Below are positions 36,040 through 47,853 of a stretch of 64,000 nt of DNA, piece after piece (within the stretch, counting starts at the first letter, position 1; every line of letters starts with the position of its first letter). The position numbers and the translations under genes were made by a program. The notes under the pieces are model-generated. The model was not told the DNA's origin. It was given only the letters and a program-made list of their open reading frames with translations, and made no database searches. The stretch comes from Rhizodiscina lignyota (Eukaryota), in the NCBI GenBank assembly GCA_010015805.1, contig ML978131.1:806001-870000 (forward strand), given 5' to 3'.

Positions 36040-36722
36040 ATCAAAAGCCGTGCACACTTCGCGTAGTTCCAGTACAGCCGGAAAGTATGGTACATAGGGC
36101 ATCAGTGCCCTAGTCGCTCAAGCCGACGACTGCAGAGACATTATCATCGCAGATATAGACAAGGGCCGGCTCCAATTTGCTTTTGGAAACGGATTCGCAC
36201 AGGCCGTGCATGAGGTTGAGTCACGGAGGGGAGCTACGGTAGAGGAGAAAAAGGAGATAGCGCGAGAGACTGCTCGAAAGATCGGCGCAGTGAAGTAGCC
36301 GGACGGTGAGAGTGTCGGGGAGATCCAAAGAACGTCGAGACCAGCCTGCAATCGTCTATATATGTAAGTCATACTTTTGCGTTTGTCTATATCAGATTTT
36401 GACATTCGACCAGGCAACGCGATCGGGAGGGAGCGTTATCCTTGTTGATATGGGAACACCTGATCATACACTGTCAACGTGGCGATATACAAATGCTTAT
36501 CCCAGGACAATTGAGATTGCAACAGCGGCAGCCACAGGTTCCTCGCTTAGTTCCACGATTCTTCCAAACGTTCGGAAATTGATCACACATCGTCACAAGG
36601 GGCTCGCCTCCGTTGAAGAGGCGTTTAACAATACCTCAAAGACAAGATATGCAAATTAGAACCTTGTCATGAAGGTCGTAGTTGAAATGGATGGCGTAGG
36701 ACGGCCGCAGTATCATCTGTGA
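36040..36722 (+). pseudogene. Decayed zinc-dependent polyol (sorbitol / xylitol / L-arabinitol-type) dehydrogenase, C-terminal half only
   Basis: Remnant peptides CRDIIIADIDKGRLQFA, (E)TSLQSSIY|ATRSGGSVILVDMGTP, WRYTNAYPRTIEI and LPNVRKLITHRHKGL...LVMKVVVE. In-frame TAG at 36296-36298 and 36657-36659, a frameshift near 36335, internal deletions, and a retained GTAAGT...CAG intron at about 36364-36413. Confidence 0.8.
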
Positions 36723-37003
36723 TGCGAACGGTCACGTTACAGTCTCGACCATATGGGCATGTATTATCACGAGATCGTTGACACTAACCATCATCATTGC
36801 GGATCTGGATGCTCTAGTCAAACCTAAGAGGGGTATATTCCGAGACATTGAAGTCCACGTCTAAAACGCTCCGTCCAGACTCAGTAGTTCCACATGACCT
36901 TCAGCAACTAGGGAAAATATATTAAAGTCGTCAGGACAAGATATCTCGAAAATCAATCGCCAACGCCTTCCGCTATGCATGCCGAACGCATCTACTATAT
37001 CGT

Positions 37004-37420
37004 TCACTCCCCCTGTATATGCAACAGGGTGCAACTGCCCGTGATCAAGACCTGCGGCGGCCCAACTGTGAATGTCTCCCAGTCATCGCTGTCGACGTGC
37101 GTATTCGTGATTTTCATCTGAAGTCCATCCAGACCCCAGAAGGTGCAGTCTACGTCCATGCCATTGTTGAAAATCTCGCCAGTGCTCATCGATAGTTGTG
37201 CGTTCTGCAGCACATCGCCGCTCTCAAGCACAATTGTTGCGAAGCCCCACGTTACGCCGTCGAGGGGCCAGTTGAGGGCCACAGACTGAATTGGACCCTG
37301 ATCAATAGCACCGTGGAAGGTGACTGGGATGGAGAGTGTTTGGCGGGGCTGGAGTGGGGCGGCGGAGGTGAGGCTCAAGAGAGCGACTGCAATTGTGGCG
37401 CGTGCGGCGAGGCGCATCAT
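37004..37420 (-). CDS. Small secreted protein (about 138 aa, two Cys)
   Basis: Signal peptide MMRLAARATIAVALLSLTSA, propeptide APLQPRQ, and the pattern VTFHGA...CTFWGLDG...VGPPQVLITGSC seen in fungal small secreted proteins. Confidence 0.75.
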   Translation of the reverse strand: MMRLAARATIAVALLSLTSAAPLQPRQTLSIPVTFHGAIDQGPIQSVALNWPLDGVTWGFATIVLESGDVLQNAQLSMSTGEIFNNGMDVDCTFWGLDGLQMKITNTHVDSDDWETFTVGPPQVLITGSCTLLHIQGE

Positions 37421-39303
37421 GATTGATGAAGTGGAGGAGAAGTGTACGGGGATGCAAGCAGGATTAGGAAGAAAGCGATGCATATGAATTTAAACGAGCA
37501 GAGCAGTATCAATTGAGGATTAATTGAATTGCCCCATCAGGTATATTTGGTATCCCCCAAAGAAGTAGCCGATGAGGATGACGAGATGGTGAGAGCGTGC
37601 ACGCTTCAGAGCTTAATATACATATCGAGCGCATAAGATGCCCAGAGAACTTTTTGAAAAGTATAGTGTGAATCGAGCATCGTGGCTGCACGGGTTGTTC
37701 GTGCATCTGGAACCTGCCGAGGAGTGTCATTGCCGTTGTTGGAAATGATGGAAGCTAGCCTCTTCCAACACAGGGAGCAATGAGAGGTTAACCAGATACT
37801 TCCAGAATAGGTAGGCTGTGAGCCAAATGATTGGCTCGACGACGGAGAGAACAGGAAAGAAACGGAAAGGAGGGTATTCGACAACGGCACAGATTTGGCT
37901 TACCGTTCACATTGAATCACGCGCCGCGGCAAGAGCGGCGACGAGAAACGAGAAGTGAGTTGAGGTTGAAAATAGGAGTAATACGAAAGCGAGCAAGCGT
38001 CGTGAGGTATAAGAATAGTCCTCCACGCAGTCTGGGATTGGTCGCTTGTAGGTTTGGAGATCCCACGTCATCCTTCTCCAGATCCGGCGGCGAGGCGACC
38101 AGACTTCTTGGCCAAATGCTTCAACCAATTGAAGTATTAGTATCAGTCTATTCGTTGCTTGACGACGAGGCTGAGCATAGGTGTATCTGATTTTTGTGTT
38201 ACAGGTTTCAGAGCTTCGATTCGAATGCAGGGGAGAAAATGTCCGGTATGGCCATTGGACGTGGAGTTGGCACGATCTCTGGATTTCGCCCGCATATTAG
38301 TCCTTCAGTAATGTAGGTTTTTGCAAATTCTCTAGTCAGTGCAGAGCCTCCGGTGTCGGTTATCGCCTCAAATTTGTCTCATCTTGACATGAGTGACAAA
38401 GGGACATGCGCCACAAGCCCAAGAAGCGTTCACGTGGGCAGATCCGGGTACAATATGGCCGAGAGTCTGGAGACTGTAGTTGAGCCGCCGCAAAGGAGTT
38501 TTTAGAAGAGTCCGAGAACAATTTTTGATCGTTTACGAAGATCAGGTGCAAAAGATGAGTTTGACGTTCTGCAGAAATTTCCGCTATGTCAAGGGAACAA
38601 CACGATCGGAAACATTGTTCTACCCGCTGAATAATTTTGAGATTAAAACAATAGTTCTCTTGGCAAGTTCACATCGTAGTTATTTTTGCTGTCTTCGTCT
38701 AGTATCGTATGTTCTGTGACCTGTCTTGAGACAGGCGCGCGCGCCACCAGACAGGGAGGTCGAGGGTGACAAAGAACTTGAGCATTGGCCGCAATGAACT
38801 GTTCAAGTGCATGGTCGCTTGTGTCAAGATAAACTATGTTCGCTAAAACCATGTGATCTAGATAAGCACTGGCTAATAAGACATATCGCGCCGAGCTATA
38901 AGCGACGTTCTCGTCGAAGCCGAAGAGGTTGAGCTTCCGTGATTATTTGCAGCGCTCAACTTGCGAGCTTATTCGGACTAAGACCTGAAAAATTCTCTCA
39001 TATACAAGCGCCATTGTTCCAAGTCGGAGGGTCAATGCTTAGATAAAGCAATTGTGGTAATCATGGTAGCACCCAGAATAAAGAGACGCTCTTAGTGCAT
39101 CCAAGCTTGCCCAGCCACGACTGAATGGCATCTTTGTTGACCATACAAAGGGGGTAGTTTGCAACTCCGGGCACTGACAATGGCACCTCGCTCGCACAAC
39201 AATGACTGCGAGAATAAGTCAAATAAATGTGAATCGTTCGCTCTGCTGTCCTGTGAACGCAGAACCGTATACCAATCGACCGCTCTTTATATTGTTCGAC
39301 GAA

Positions 39304-40359
39304 ATGGATCCTGCAAATCCTAAGTCTGGCGCGGGCGCCGGATTCTCAGACTCAATGCGTGATTCAGTCGTGTTTGCTGACAGTCAGTTTGATCTATCAT
39401 TGTCCGTGGGAAGTTCTCGAGCGAATGCGTGTACCGATATCGAGCGAGCGCAGGGTGCAACAGCCCCTGGAGTGTTTGAGGAGACAGCGAACGGATACAT
39501 GATCTATGCCGAGGGTAAGCATGGAGATGAAGAACTTACGGAACGATTCCAGTTTCCTTTAGATCGTAACAGGGCCGAAGAGATTCTCATGTTAGCATAC
39601 ACTATCCGGAGCAGCATTCTCCTTAGCCAGAACTACATCGAAAAGGCGGCATTCGATAAGGATTCGTTCAAATCTACCAACATGCTACTCGGCCATAAGG
39701 GAGACGGAATACCGAGAGAAGTTGTGCGACAACAAGCGAAAGACGCACTGGCTATCCGTTCGGTATCCCTTTTCGAGACCATATTTTATGATTCCGCGGA
39801 GGACATCTCGGATGATGAGTCCATCAGGAGCGTACACTCGGACTGGGAGGTACTTGGGCAGTGGCTTCAAAAGAAATCGAAACACGATCCTAAATTCGAA
39901 CCTGGCACGGACACCTCCTTCATGCACACGGACCGAGCGAGAGCCATTCGGAACCAAATCGTATATCAGTACGGAATGGCATCCCTGACTGCAATATATG
40001 ATGCAGAAGCCCACTGGGAGCTGATGATGCAGGTATATCCTCGCTGGTTGAAGTATCTCAGTTATGCCATTGCCAACACTGAGAGATACTTACCAGCTTT
40101 GACAGATTCTGGCCTCGAGAAGTTCCCGTCGTCGATATCAGGGGGGTCGCGTAGATTTGAAAACATTGCGCCTGAGCAGTCTCCGAGGACAGAGCGTAGC
40201 GCGACCTCTGCTGCTCCTAAAGAACCATCAGAAAATGCTGGACGCAAATCTCTGACAGGGCCTGGACCACAGTCACCGATACCAATGCCTCATGTAGCGA
40301 ACGTTAAGCATACTTTCGAGCATATGCTAGCCAAGGTTCGGAGCGCACGTCAGGGATAA
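39304..40359 (+). CDS. Hypothetical protein (about 350 aa)
   Basis: Long stop-free ORF with globular, helical-looking composition; start could be 39202 or 39304. No family recognised. Confidence 0.55.
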   Translation: MDPANPKSGAGAGFSDSMRDSVVFADSQFDLSLSVGSSRANACTDIERAQGATAPGVFEETANGYMIYAEGKHGDEELTERFQFPLDRNRAEEILMLAYTIRSSILLSQNYIEKAAFDKDSFKSTNMLLGHKGDGIPREVVRQQAKDALAIRSVSLFETIFYDSAEDISDDESIRSVHSDWEVLGQWLQKKSKHDPKFEPGTDTSFMHTDRARAIRNQIVYQYGMASLTAIYDAEAHWELMMQVYPRWLKYLSYAIANTERYLPALTDSGLEKFPSSISGGSRRFENIAPEQSPRTERSATSAAPKEPSENAGRKSLTGPGPQSPIPMPHVANVKHTFEHMLAKVRSARQG

Positions 40360-42391
40360 ATCGTAGAGTCAAGCAAGGAACAACCCGGATCGGATGGCAT
40401 CACGTCGGTAAACAATCCGGACGGTTCCAAGACGCCGTCTGGCATCGCGTCCTGGAGGAAGATCGGTTCCAGTGTCACTAATTGGATCAAGGCCTGCATA
40501 AGCCGTAAGTGGAATTTTCGACAGTGACGTTCTATTGCCAGCTCTTTTGACGGCACAGGAATGATGAAATTTCACCGCAGTATGTTAATAGAGAGGAAGT
40601 TCGAAGCATAGGAAAAGCGCCTTAGAGGGCAGCAAAAATGCTGGCTGCAGTTTTCAAGACACTGAACAGTAGAAGGCCTCTGGGATCAATGAAATGTACA
40701 AATTTTACAGTTCGCTATTGATTAGTACACTCCAAGGAGAGTACAACTAAAGTTTTCCAGACGGTCTCACTTACCTCGAAGAATAAGAGATGTTCCCCTA
40801 CAAGCGTTACATTTTACCCGACGGCTTTGGTGTGTAGTCTTTGTCTAATAAAGTATAAGTATTTCAATAGTCCGACATTGTTTAATACTCTCCGAAGACC
40901 GTACAACCAAACTTTCAAAGAGGGTCTCGCATACCTTGAACTACAAGAGTTGCTCAGCCTTAGGTGTTACAGTTTGTCTAGCAGTCAGATATCTTGTCGC
41001 CATCGACGCTGTGAGGTTGAGGTCAAAATACACATCTGAACTAAAGCCGCCGTCTCGCTGATCAGTTTCCCATGGAGTCGTAGATCCACGGGCCGAGTCA
41101 ACAACCACGTGCAAAACTGGAGAACTGATCAACGATCGTCGATGTCGAAAAGTTCAGGAGCCACAATGTCGATGTCGCATTCCTTCAATTCCATATCGGC
41201 GGCACCGTGCGGCAAACTAGGCAAGGAGTTCCTGTCGATACGTACTGACAGTCGTTTCCCGGCGAACTGCTAATGAAAAGGGGCCGTTTACAATGTCCGG
41301 GTGGCCTCAAGCTCAAGACCTCAGCGCCACACTCCCACCAATAGCCACGGCGTAACGACATTTTCACGTTTTCGCGTCGGGAGTTCCGAAGGAGCGTCTG
41401 AGAAAGAGCTATCCCGAGCCTTTGCGCGTAGTGATCGAGAATTCGCAGACATCGAGATAAATTTCCTGTGAAACGCCTGTCCGCAGATCGTCGGGCAGCA
41501 AGTTTCGAAGGTAGAAGTTCGTTCTGCGGATCCTGACGCGTTCGTCGATGCCCGCTTGAGAGCGACACGCCCGTGGCTCCAACGCGCGTCTCCTTCCAAT
41601 TGCATGGCAAGAAGCTGGATGGAGGGTAAACCAGGTTTCCTCTTCTCCTGCAGGGGATCTCATCCATGACGATCCATCGTGGTGCTTGGCGCTAATTCCG
41701 AATGGATCGCCGATTCCCTAGCAGGGGGGATGAACGGATGAAAAGCGGGGCTTGCATGTGGTGGCTTCTACAGCGGGCATGAAATTCAGAGTAATGCTGA
41801 TTTTTGGAATCCCATTGCAAGTCATAAGCAATTAAGGCGAATTGTACAGATTAGGTATTGGCTATTTGATTGCTTCTGCGATTGAGAAAGCATGATATCG
41901 ATACTGGCCAGCCGGCTGGCGCGCTTCGTGAGAAAAAGACTATGTACATAATCAAAGCCAAGTTGCTGCCGGGGTATCTTTGTGCTGGCAGTCAGAAAAT
42001 AACCAAGCAATTGCATGCGAGAACGCTATCATTCAATTCGTAATGCCATTGACAGTAGCTAGCTCATATCCGCTACCGTCGTGATGTAACTCCAGCAATG
42101 GTCGATCCGTGCGCTCGTGTATTCCAACCCCGCCCGCAGCTACTTCGTTTGCTTTACCAAAGCAAGAAGAATGGGGACATGTGTTCCTCGGAGGTGATCG
42201 GTGCATGAAGCGATTGATAGCCGTGAATGTGCTGTATGCTGTTGTAATACGTGGCTGACACGTTAACTTCCTGGGCAGCCGCGAAAGATGGTGCAACATT
42301 GACATTGCGAGCATGATGACGTCCATGAGACAAGACCTGGATAGTTTGCTTTGAAATCGATGTCGAGTCGGCGAAACAGATGGAGAGCCAT

Positions 42392-42940
42392 TCAGCGGTG
42401 GTATCCCACGAGGCTCGCGCACCTTGTGCAGTAGTAGAGGTTCGTGCCAAAGCTCACCATGCCACTTGTAGCAGGGTCAGCGCCAGGCCTGGCATGGCGA
42501 TGGCAGCGGCAGCAGCGCATGGCGGGATTGAAGTTCTCAGAGTCTGATGACGTGCTGCTGTCCGTGGAATCGGCGCTTTCAGCTGATGATGACTGGAGCG
42601 CTAGGTGCTTGTCGTTTTGGATGGGCTGTGGCTGCGGACGAGATGCATACGCAGCGCTCGTCTGAAGTTGGAGGAGTTTTGAGGTGCGGTCCATGGCAGC
42701 TTGTCGTACTGGCCGTTGAGGCTTAGGGCGGAGAGCTAATAACGGATGGCTTGGGTCTGAGGGAGTTTCTGGTAGATATGGCGGCGAGGTGATTGGGTTC
42801 CCCTCTGAAGAGGCGTTGCTTGAAGCGTAGGAAGACGAAGTGTTATGGTGGGGGAAGGGAAGAGAGAAGTAGCAAGATGTTGCAGGACTTGGAGGGGAAG
42901 AGTCGGTAGATGTGTGGGTTAAATTGGTGACTTGCATCAT
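42392..42940 (-). CDS. Small Ser/Pro-rich protein with a C-terminal CxxC...CxxC putative zinc finger
   Basis: C-terminus RCCRCHRH...GMVSFGTNLYYCTRCASLVGYHR*. Start uncertain (42940 or about 42694). Confidence 0.7.
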   Translation of the reverse strand: MMQVTNLTHTSTDSSPPSPATSCYFSLPFPHHNTSSSYASSNASSEGNPITSPPYLPETPSDPSHPLLALRPKPQRPVRQAAMDRTSKLLQLQTSAAYASRPQPQPIQNDKHLALQSSSAESADSTDSSTSSDSENFNPAMRCCRCHRHARPGADPATSGMVSFGTNLYYCTRCASLVGYHR

Positions 42941-45900
42941 CCGCAGGAGTCGATCGTGATCTTGGAGTGGGCCGGAAGAAAAGACAGCGCTGGGCGGAAC
43001 AGGCACCGTGGACGTGGATCTTCGGGGCCTTGTGAATGGAGAGGGCCGGTGGGTGTGTCAAGTGTCGACTGACGAAGAATGTATCGATGCAGGCGAAGGA
43101 GCAGATGGGGACACCCTCTTCTTCAGTAGCGGAGCGCAAAGCGTGAGGTGAGCGTGATTCATACTTATTATCCTAGAGCATCTGTGGCATTCTTAAAGCC
43201 GCGTAGGGCGCGTGCAGACGCCAATAAGCAAAGTGCTGCTGCCTCTGTTGCGTCCGCGTGTTCCGAGCTACGTTTGAGGGCGGAGTCGTCGACGTCGCGT
43301 TCAGATCGAGATTTTCTCTGCGCCATCGTAAATCTGCCGGTGGCTGCCCGGGGCTTGCAGCTGCCAACGGCTCGCGCTGCCATTCGCCCGGCAAATGCCT
43401 CTCGGCCTTGGCGGAAACAGCGAACGCGCACGCCTTCCATCACTTCCGAGGAACTCCAATTGCGCACCCCTGGACTGCAACCCATCACCAGAATCACCCT
43501 GAGCGTGTTTCTTTGCACTTTTCATACTGCATCAATTCAAAGTCATTGTTACTCTCTAACCCCTCTGTCTTGACTCACGCTCTCCATCCTCCTCGGCGCA
43601 CCCGGGAGCTTTCGATGCGGACCCGTCTGGACCGCAGCCTGAGGGATTTAGGCCCTGGATCTCACCTCTCACCTCCCACTCACGCCACGGAGCCGCAATT
43701 GTTCTTAACGTCGGAGCCTTATACTTCCACGCTTTTCCGCAGCGCTCTGTGCATAGTCCGCTCAAGTCCCTATGCGCCTCCGTTAGACTGTCGTGGGATC
43801 CGTTAGAAGCGGTCTTCTCGACCCGGCCTGAAGCCCCCCTCACCGGTATCACGAACCGTGCCGCTCGCAACGTTCGAGAACTTTTTCGTAGCCTTTCATT
43901 CTATCCATCCTGTTGCACCTTGAATTAAATCTCCGGTCTTATCTGCAAGTGCACTTCCCTTCATCTAGCATGCGGTACGGACCGTGGCGTGTACGTGCCT
44001 GAATCACAGTGTTCTAGACTCGTCCATGGCGAGTAGGCTATTCTTCCCTCTCCCGTCAGGTGTCTTCGCTGAGCCTCTGCTCAGAGCTTATCAGATTACG
44101 CGGTTGTAACGTAATCATCGTATTCTCTCTTGGTAGCATCTTGCATCCCTCCTTTTTCCGTTAACGCATGTGCCTGAATTACGCTCACTTCAAAAGTCAC
44201 CGAGAGTGGCGGAAGATTAAACATAGGTCTTTCCACAACATCTAGATGCTCCATCCACTCGTATCAGCGGAGCTGTATTGCGCCTTGCGACCTTGTTGTC
44301 TTCAATTGTTAGCAGCCTTGTTGTAGGGCTATGAAACGGACTAAATGGCGGCCCGCGTGCACCATGCAAGACCGCGGTCTGGACCGCCAACAGGGACCAA
44401 TTTTTCCATCTCCTGACTCCTCGTGGACTTCCAAACGGCAATACGGCATCTCCGGGGACTCCAGCTCGTTCTTCAGAGCCACACGGGAATTCGCGCTTCT
44501 GCAGATGTTACCAGTTCCTTCAGTGGTGGAATCGAAGCACCGCCTCGCTGGAACGCCCGTTTTTTGGCTGAAGTCTAATGTGGCTTCAAATCCTCCCAAC
44601 GGTAGAGTCGGCCCCGTGCTGAGCAGTGCAGCGTTGCAATATCGTGTCCTCGAGCGAACCTGCCTCGAACATGGCTTGGTTAGTCACGACTTCAGAGCCG
44701 TGCTCATATCGAACGCCTTAATCAGCTCGTATAGCACCTGACTTGGAGGAAGCAATCCATTCTCCCTGCACGTGTATAGATTTGTCCAATCGAGCTAGGA
44801 TTAAACTCTGATGTGGCAGCACCCTGCTTCCGTAGAAGGGCTCCAAGGAATGACAATAATTCCCTCGCCGGCATAGGAGGTCGGCCCGTTCTAGCCCTCT
44901 GCAACATTACCGACCAGCCGGTCGGGATAGGTATCTTTCAACATCTTCGGGCTTTACCTAACTCTATCAAGAATTGGCGATTCTCGGCCTTCATCTGATA
45001 ATCACCTCAATGGTCTATCATAATGACATTCAAACCTTCTTAGGCTGCAAGCTCCTAGGGGATATGAACGTAAGATCTGATGCATGTTAGCTTGTGCTTC
45101 ATCCCCTATGACTGTAATGATGACAGATTAAGAGAACGGCCATTTTCAGATCTCGCTCCGTAGAGTCTGTCAAGATGAGATTCTCATGATCTGGAATAAC
45201 GCACCAAGTGAAGAGATCTATTGGATTCAAGTCGTGCAGCGACATCTACCCCCTAGTGAAGGGTACTCGACTTTCGCGATAGTCGCCTCCGCGGAGCTCA
45301 CACAAAGCTCCGAGAGTGCGCTCAGCTGTGTTACTTGCGGACTTCATCCTCGGCTTTCTGCCCTTTAGAGACCCATCTTCGTCACTCAGTGCTGGCGTCA
45401 ATACGTTCACTCAACAATCTAGACGTCCTATCCAGGTTTCTTGCAAGTTACGCGCTTTGAGACAGTTCCTTCAATGCGTCTCGACGATGAAGCCATTCAC
45501 CTCGGCATGGATTCAATGGACGAATGTTCAAGACGGAGTGCGATACCATCCCAAGATAGAATACGATCTATGCAGTTGTATTCCTCTAGATCCTAGGCAG
45601 GTTCCTTCTAGACTTTGGCTCAGTTGCTTTGACCTCATGCAGTGCCACGTACAGCTGCATAGAATTCTCCTTTCAGCCAGTTTTCTGCAAGGCGAGGCTC
45701 CAGATGCGATCTGAATTCCGAGAATCAAGATATGTTACTGTAGGATGCGCCGGCAGAACGATACTGTTCTGGAAGCATTACCGGCTTATCCATGCCTATT
45801 CTACATCATTTCTATCCAGTGTTGAATGCTTCAATCCGGCCTCCAGCTCCTGCAAACACGAGATCCCGTTCTTTACTTTGTGTCATGACTAACGTCTACG

Positions 45901-45963
45901 AGTCTTCGGCCAAGTTCTTCACACCACCAGCTAATTCTTCCTCAGTCTCAATCACGCGGCCCC

Positions 45964-46836
45964 TCACGCACTCTCATCCAGCCCACACCCCTCCCACCAA
46001 GTCCTCCCGCCTTCTTTCACCCTCTGTGTTGCAACTTCGCCCTTCTCCTCATACAGTTGCGCACTACCTCTCTCCCCAAATGCTTCGTAGAATGCTCTCA
46101 AATTCGGATACCCCTTCACCGCGTCCCTTCCATACACATCCTTCTCCTTGTCAATCCCACCTGTCGTAACATCAACCCCGTACACTTCCTTCGTAAACTC
46201 GCAGAACTGATACAGCACCACATCTGCAATCGTCACCGCCGTCTCTTCATCTTTCAAGCTCTCCCAATATTGCCCCGACCGAGAGAGCTGGGCTTCGACG
46301 GCCGCGAGCTGCCGGTGCGTCCAGCGAAGGGACTCGTAAGCTGCGGAAGGGAGTTTGAGGGGGCCAAGGCCAGTACCAAAGAGTCGGACGGGATTCCATG
46401 TGGGGAGGAGTTCGTCTGCGAGACGGAGCGACTCCTCGTAACGGGCGCGAGTGAGCGGGTCGGCGGCCGCGAGCGGACGCATGGGCCGGCTTTGGGGGAA
46501 GCCGTACGCGCCAGCGGTGCAGAGGCCTTCGAGGTAGGCCACTATGGCCAGGGATTGACTAACATGCTCATATCCATTCGCATCCTCAGCTGCTGGAGAT
46601 GACGGCCGAGTAGTGGCGTTGGGACACAGAAGTTCATTGGGAATAGCGAGGATTGGCAAGCTGCCTTTGGGTCTGGGTGGGAAGCCTGGTGCGGCGGTGT
46701 CGCCGTGCTGCGGATCGGAGACGCGCACGATGGTGACGAGGCGGGAGGGGATACGTTTCTCGCGGAGGTAGATTATCACGCGGCGAGGATAGGGCATCCA
46801 AGGGTAAACGTAGAGGAGGTGTGGGCGGATGATCAT
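45964..46836 (-). CDS. Glutathione S-transferase-like protein
   Basis: N-terminal LYVYPWMPYPRRV..YLREK, GSLPIL, SQSLAIVAYLE, C-domain TIADVVLY and YPNLRAFYE. Confidence 0.8.
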   Translation of the reverse strand: MIIRPHLLYVYPWMPYPRRVIIYLREKRIPSRLVTIVRVSDPQHGDTAAPGFPPRPKGSLPILAIPNELLCPNATTRPSSPAAEDANGYEHVSQSLAIVAYLEGLCTAGAYGFPQSRPMRPLAAADPLTRARYEESLRLADELLPTWNPVRLFGTGLGPLKLPSAAYESLRWTHRQLAAVEAQLSRSGQYWESLKDEETAVTIADVVLYQFCEFTKEVYGVDVTTGGIDKEKDVYGRDAVKGYPNLRAFYEAFGERGSAQLYEEKGEVATQRVKEGGRTWWEGCGLDESA

Positions 46837-46908
46837 GTTTCTAAATGGTTTTATGGTATAGACAGCTGCGAGTGATAGTGCTAAGATGAGATTGAAGACG
46901 GTATTGTG

Positions 46909-46944
46909 GATGATATTGTAGATGATATTGCAGATGATATTGCA
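46909..46944. repeat. 12-bp tandem repeat GATGATATTGYA x3 in the GST 5' region
   Basis: gatgatattgta-gatgatattgca-gatgatattgca, read directly. Confidence 0.85.
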
Positions 46945-47367
46945 TACTAGCCTTCATCATAATTCCATTTATACTTCGTAGTCCAAGAAGACAAGTTCGG
47001 AATGCCGAATAAATTCCCGATTATCATTCCGAATTCCAGTATCAAGAAGTTACCGATCACCTCTAATGAAGACGCCGAATCATGTCGTACACAGGAAAGA
47101 GGCGAACTCGCCGAGATGTTTCCGCCTGTCTAGTATACAACCGCAGACCATCCTCAAAGCTCAGCCCCTTCCCACTTCTTTTTCCTCTTCGCAGAATGCG
47201 CAGAATATTATCCTCGGTCCGCCAATAGTCGCCGTTCCATACTTCGTTCCTACACGCGGCCGCGCTGGCCGGTCTGTAGCATTGGTCGCAGTTGAGTTCT
47301 CTGCCTTGAAGAAAGATTCGTCAAATAGTTCTTGAAAGTCGGTTTTGGTTGCTTCCGCCAGTCCATC

Positions 47368-47853
47368 TCACACCTTAAAATCACTCCACCACCTCCACTT
47401 ATCAACCAGCATGCCGTCCTTATTAAACTTCACCCCCTCACTCTGCAGCAGATCGAGCTTCTTCTCGCAATTGATGCCACTCGGGGCCTTCTCCCAGTCA
47501 CCCTTGAAGCCGCCGATGTACTGCTCCCTGGTTAGCATACCTTGTCCTCTACGTAGTTTGGATCGTGGAAGACATACGCCTGTGCTCGCAATGCATCGAT
47601 GACACGGCACCTCGGGCGCGAAGGGATTGTTCCTCATCGCTCCGCCAATTGCACGCGGCGAGCTGTTCAAAGCTTTCGCCATTGCCGCGTAGCTAGTGAT
47701 TTTGCCCTCGGGGACTTGCAGGAGGAGGTTGTACACGCGGGCTTGGTACTCGGATACGGCGGCGGAGTTGAAGCCCGGCATGATCGTTCCTTTCGTCGTT
47801 GATTTCTTGGTCTTGGGGGCTGGTTTTGCGACTTTGGCGAGGGTGCGCGACAT
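47368..47853 (-). CDS. O6-alkylguanine-DNA alkyltransferase (MGMT family, DNA-binding/active-site domain only)
   Basis: Motifs VPEGKITSY, RAIGGAMRNNP, active site VPCHR and KKLDLLQSEG. A 57-nt in-frame intron at 47521-47577 (GTATGT...CTAAC...CAG). Confidence 0.9.
   Translation of the reverse strand: MSRTLAKVAKPAPKTKKSTTKGTIMPGFNSAAVSEYQARVYNLLLQVPEGKITSYAAMAKALNSSPRAIGGAMRNNPFAPEVPCHRCIASTGVCLPRSKLRRGQGMLTREQYIGGFKGDWEKAPSGINCEKKLDLLQSEGVKFNKDGMLVDKWRWWSDFKV

Noticed and set aside
37500..39200. Short ORFs and a possible minus-strand intron near 37820-37900
   Set aside because: No coherent reading frame could be assembled.
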